A stretch of 64,000 nucleotides of DNA from Synechococcus sp. (lineage in GTDB: Bacteria > Cyanobacteriota > Cyanobacteriia > Thermostichales > PCC-7336). Both the position numbers and the translations under genes were made by a program. The stretch is taken from positions 9,859 through 73,858 of the forward strand of contig JBFRWD010000102.1 of NCBI GenBank assembly GCA_051439425.1, read 5' to 3'. The notes under the pieces are model-generated. The model saw only the letters and a program-made list of their open reading frames with translations, was not told the DNA's origin and ran no database searches. Shown piece after piece: positions 63,663 through 64,000 of the stretch. The stretch's first letter is position 1, and the number at the start of each line of letters is the position of its first letter.

Positions 63663-64000
63663 ATGAATGTCTTACCTACGTCAATTCCGGATGTCAAAGT
63701 AATCGAGCCCACTGTGTTTGGCGATCGGCGCGGTTTTTTTTTGGAAAGCTTCCGCCAGGAATGGTTTTCGGAGGAAATCGATCCCACCGTTCAATTCCTG
63801 CAAGACAACCATTCCTGCTCCTCCCAGTGGATTCTCAGGGGACTGCACTATCAAATTCAGCAAGCCCAGGGCAAACTGGTGCGCGTTGTTGCTGGAGAAG
63901 TATTTGATGTGGCAGTGGATATTCGCCGGAATTCTCCTACCTTCGGTCAGTGGGTAGCTGAAACCTTAAGTGCCGAAAATAAACGCCAGCTCTGGGTACC
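63663..64000 (+). CDS. rfbC: dTDP-4-dehydrorhamnose 3,5-epimerase (runs off the window end)
   Basis: Manual translation MNVLPTSIPDVKVIEPTVFGDRRGFFLES...QDNHS.S...LRGLHYQ...QGKLVRV..GEVFDVAVDIR..SPTFGQW. Confidence 0.95.
   Translation, partial: MNVLPTSIPDVKVIEPTVFGDRRGFFLESFRQEWFSEEIDPTVQFLQDNHSCSSQWILRGLHYQIQQAQGKLVRVVAGEVFDVAVDIRRNSPTFGQWVAETLSAENKRQLWV

Noticed and set aside
1..64000. CRISPR arrays, tRNA, rRNA, defence or phage genes
   Set aside because: I saw no repeat-spacer periodicity, tRNA/rRNA signatures or cas/phage motifs by eye. The GIY-YIG ORF looks like the conserved housekeeping type.

Overview
A 64-kb chromosomal segment from a cyanobacterium (petBD, psbM, psb29, ctpA, rpaA, frequent HIP1 GCGATCGC octamers). 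Positions 1 to ~42.6 kb are mostly housekeeping and photosynthesis genes: dtd, rpaA, ferredoxin, psbM, gap, an ECF sigma/anti-sigma operon, petBD, crtL, secG, moeA/cobH/moaC, ftsH, lon and dusA. This part also holds a compact cAMP module (cNMP-domain MscS channel, Crp, CHASE2 adenylate cyclase). Directly upstream of dusA the sequence turns AT-rich and HIP1-poor (~42.6-61 kb). That island carries an intact frameshift-type ISKra4-like element, a MITE with the same ends, a second MITE, and a surface-glycan cluster: Wzm/Wzt ABC exporter, four sulfotransferase-like domains, two very large multidomain glycosyltransferases and a methyltransferase. It is followed by GT2, GT4 and a truncated rmlC. The best candidate for an undescribed system is an ABC-exported, probably sulfated glycan. 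Its central protein has a sulfotransferase / coiled-coil / GT2 / GT4 layout resembling the WbdD/WbbB 'molecular ruler' terminators, with a 21-bp tandem repeat inside the coiled coil. All calls come from reading motifs by eye; no database searches were run.
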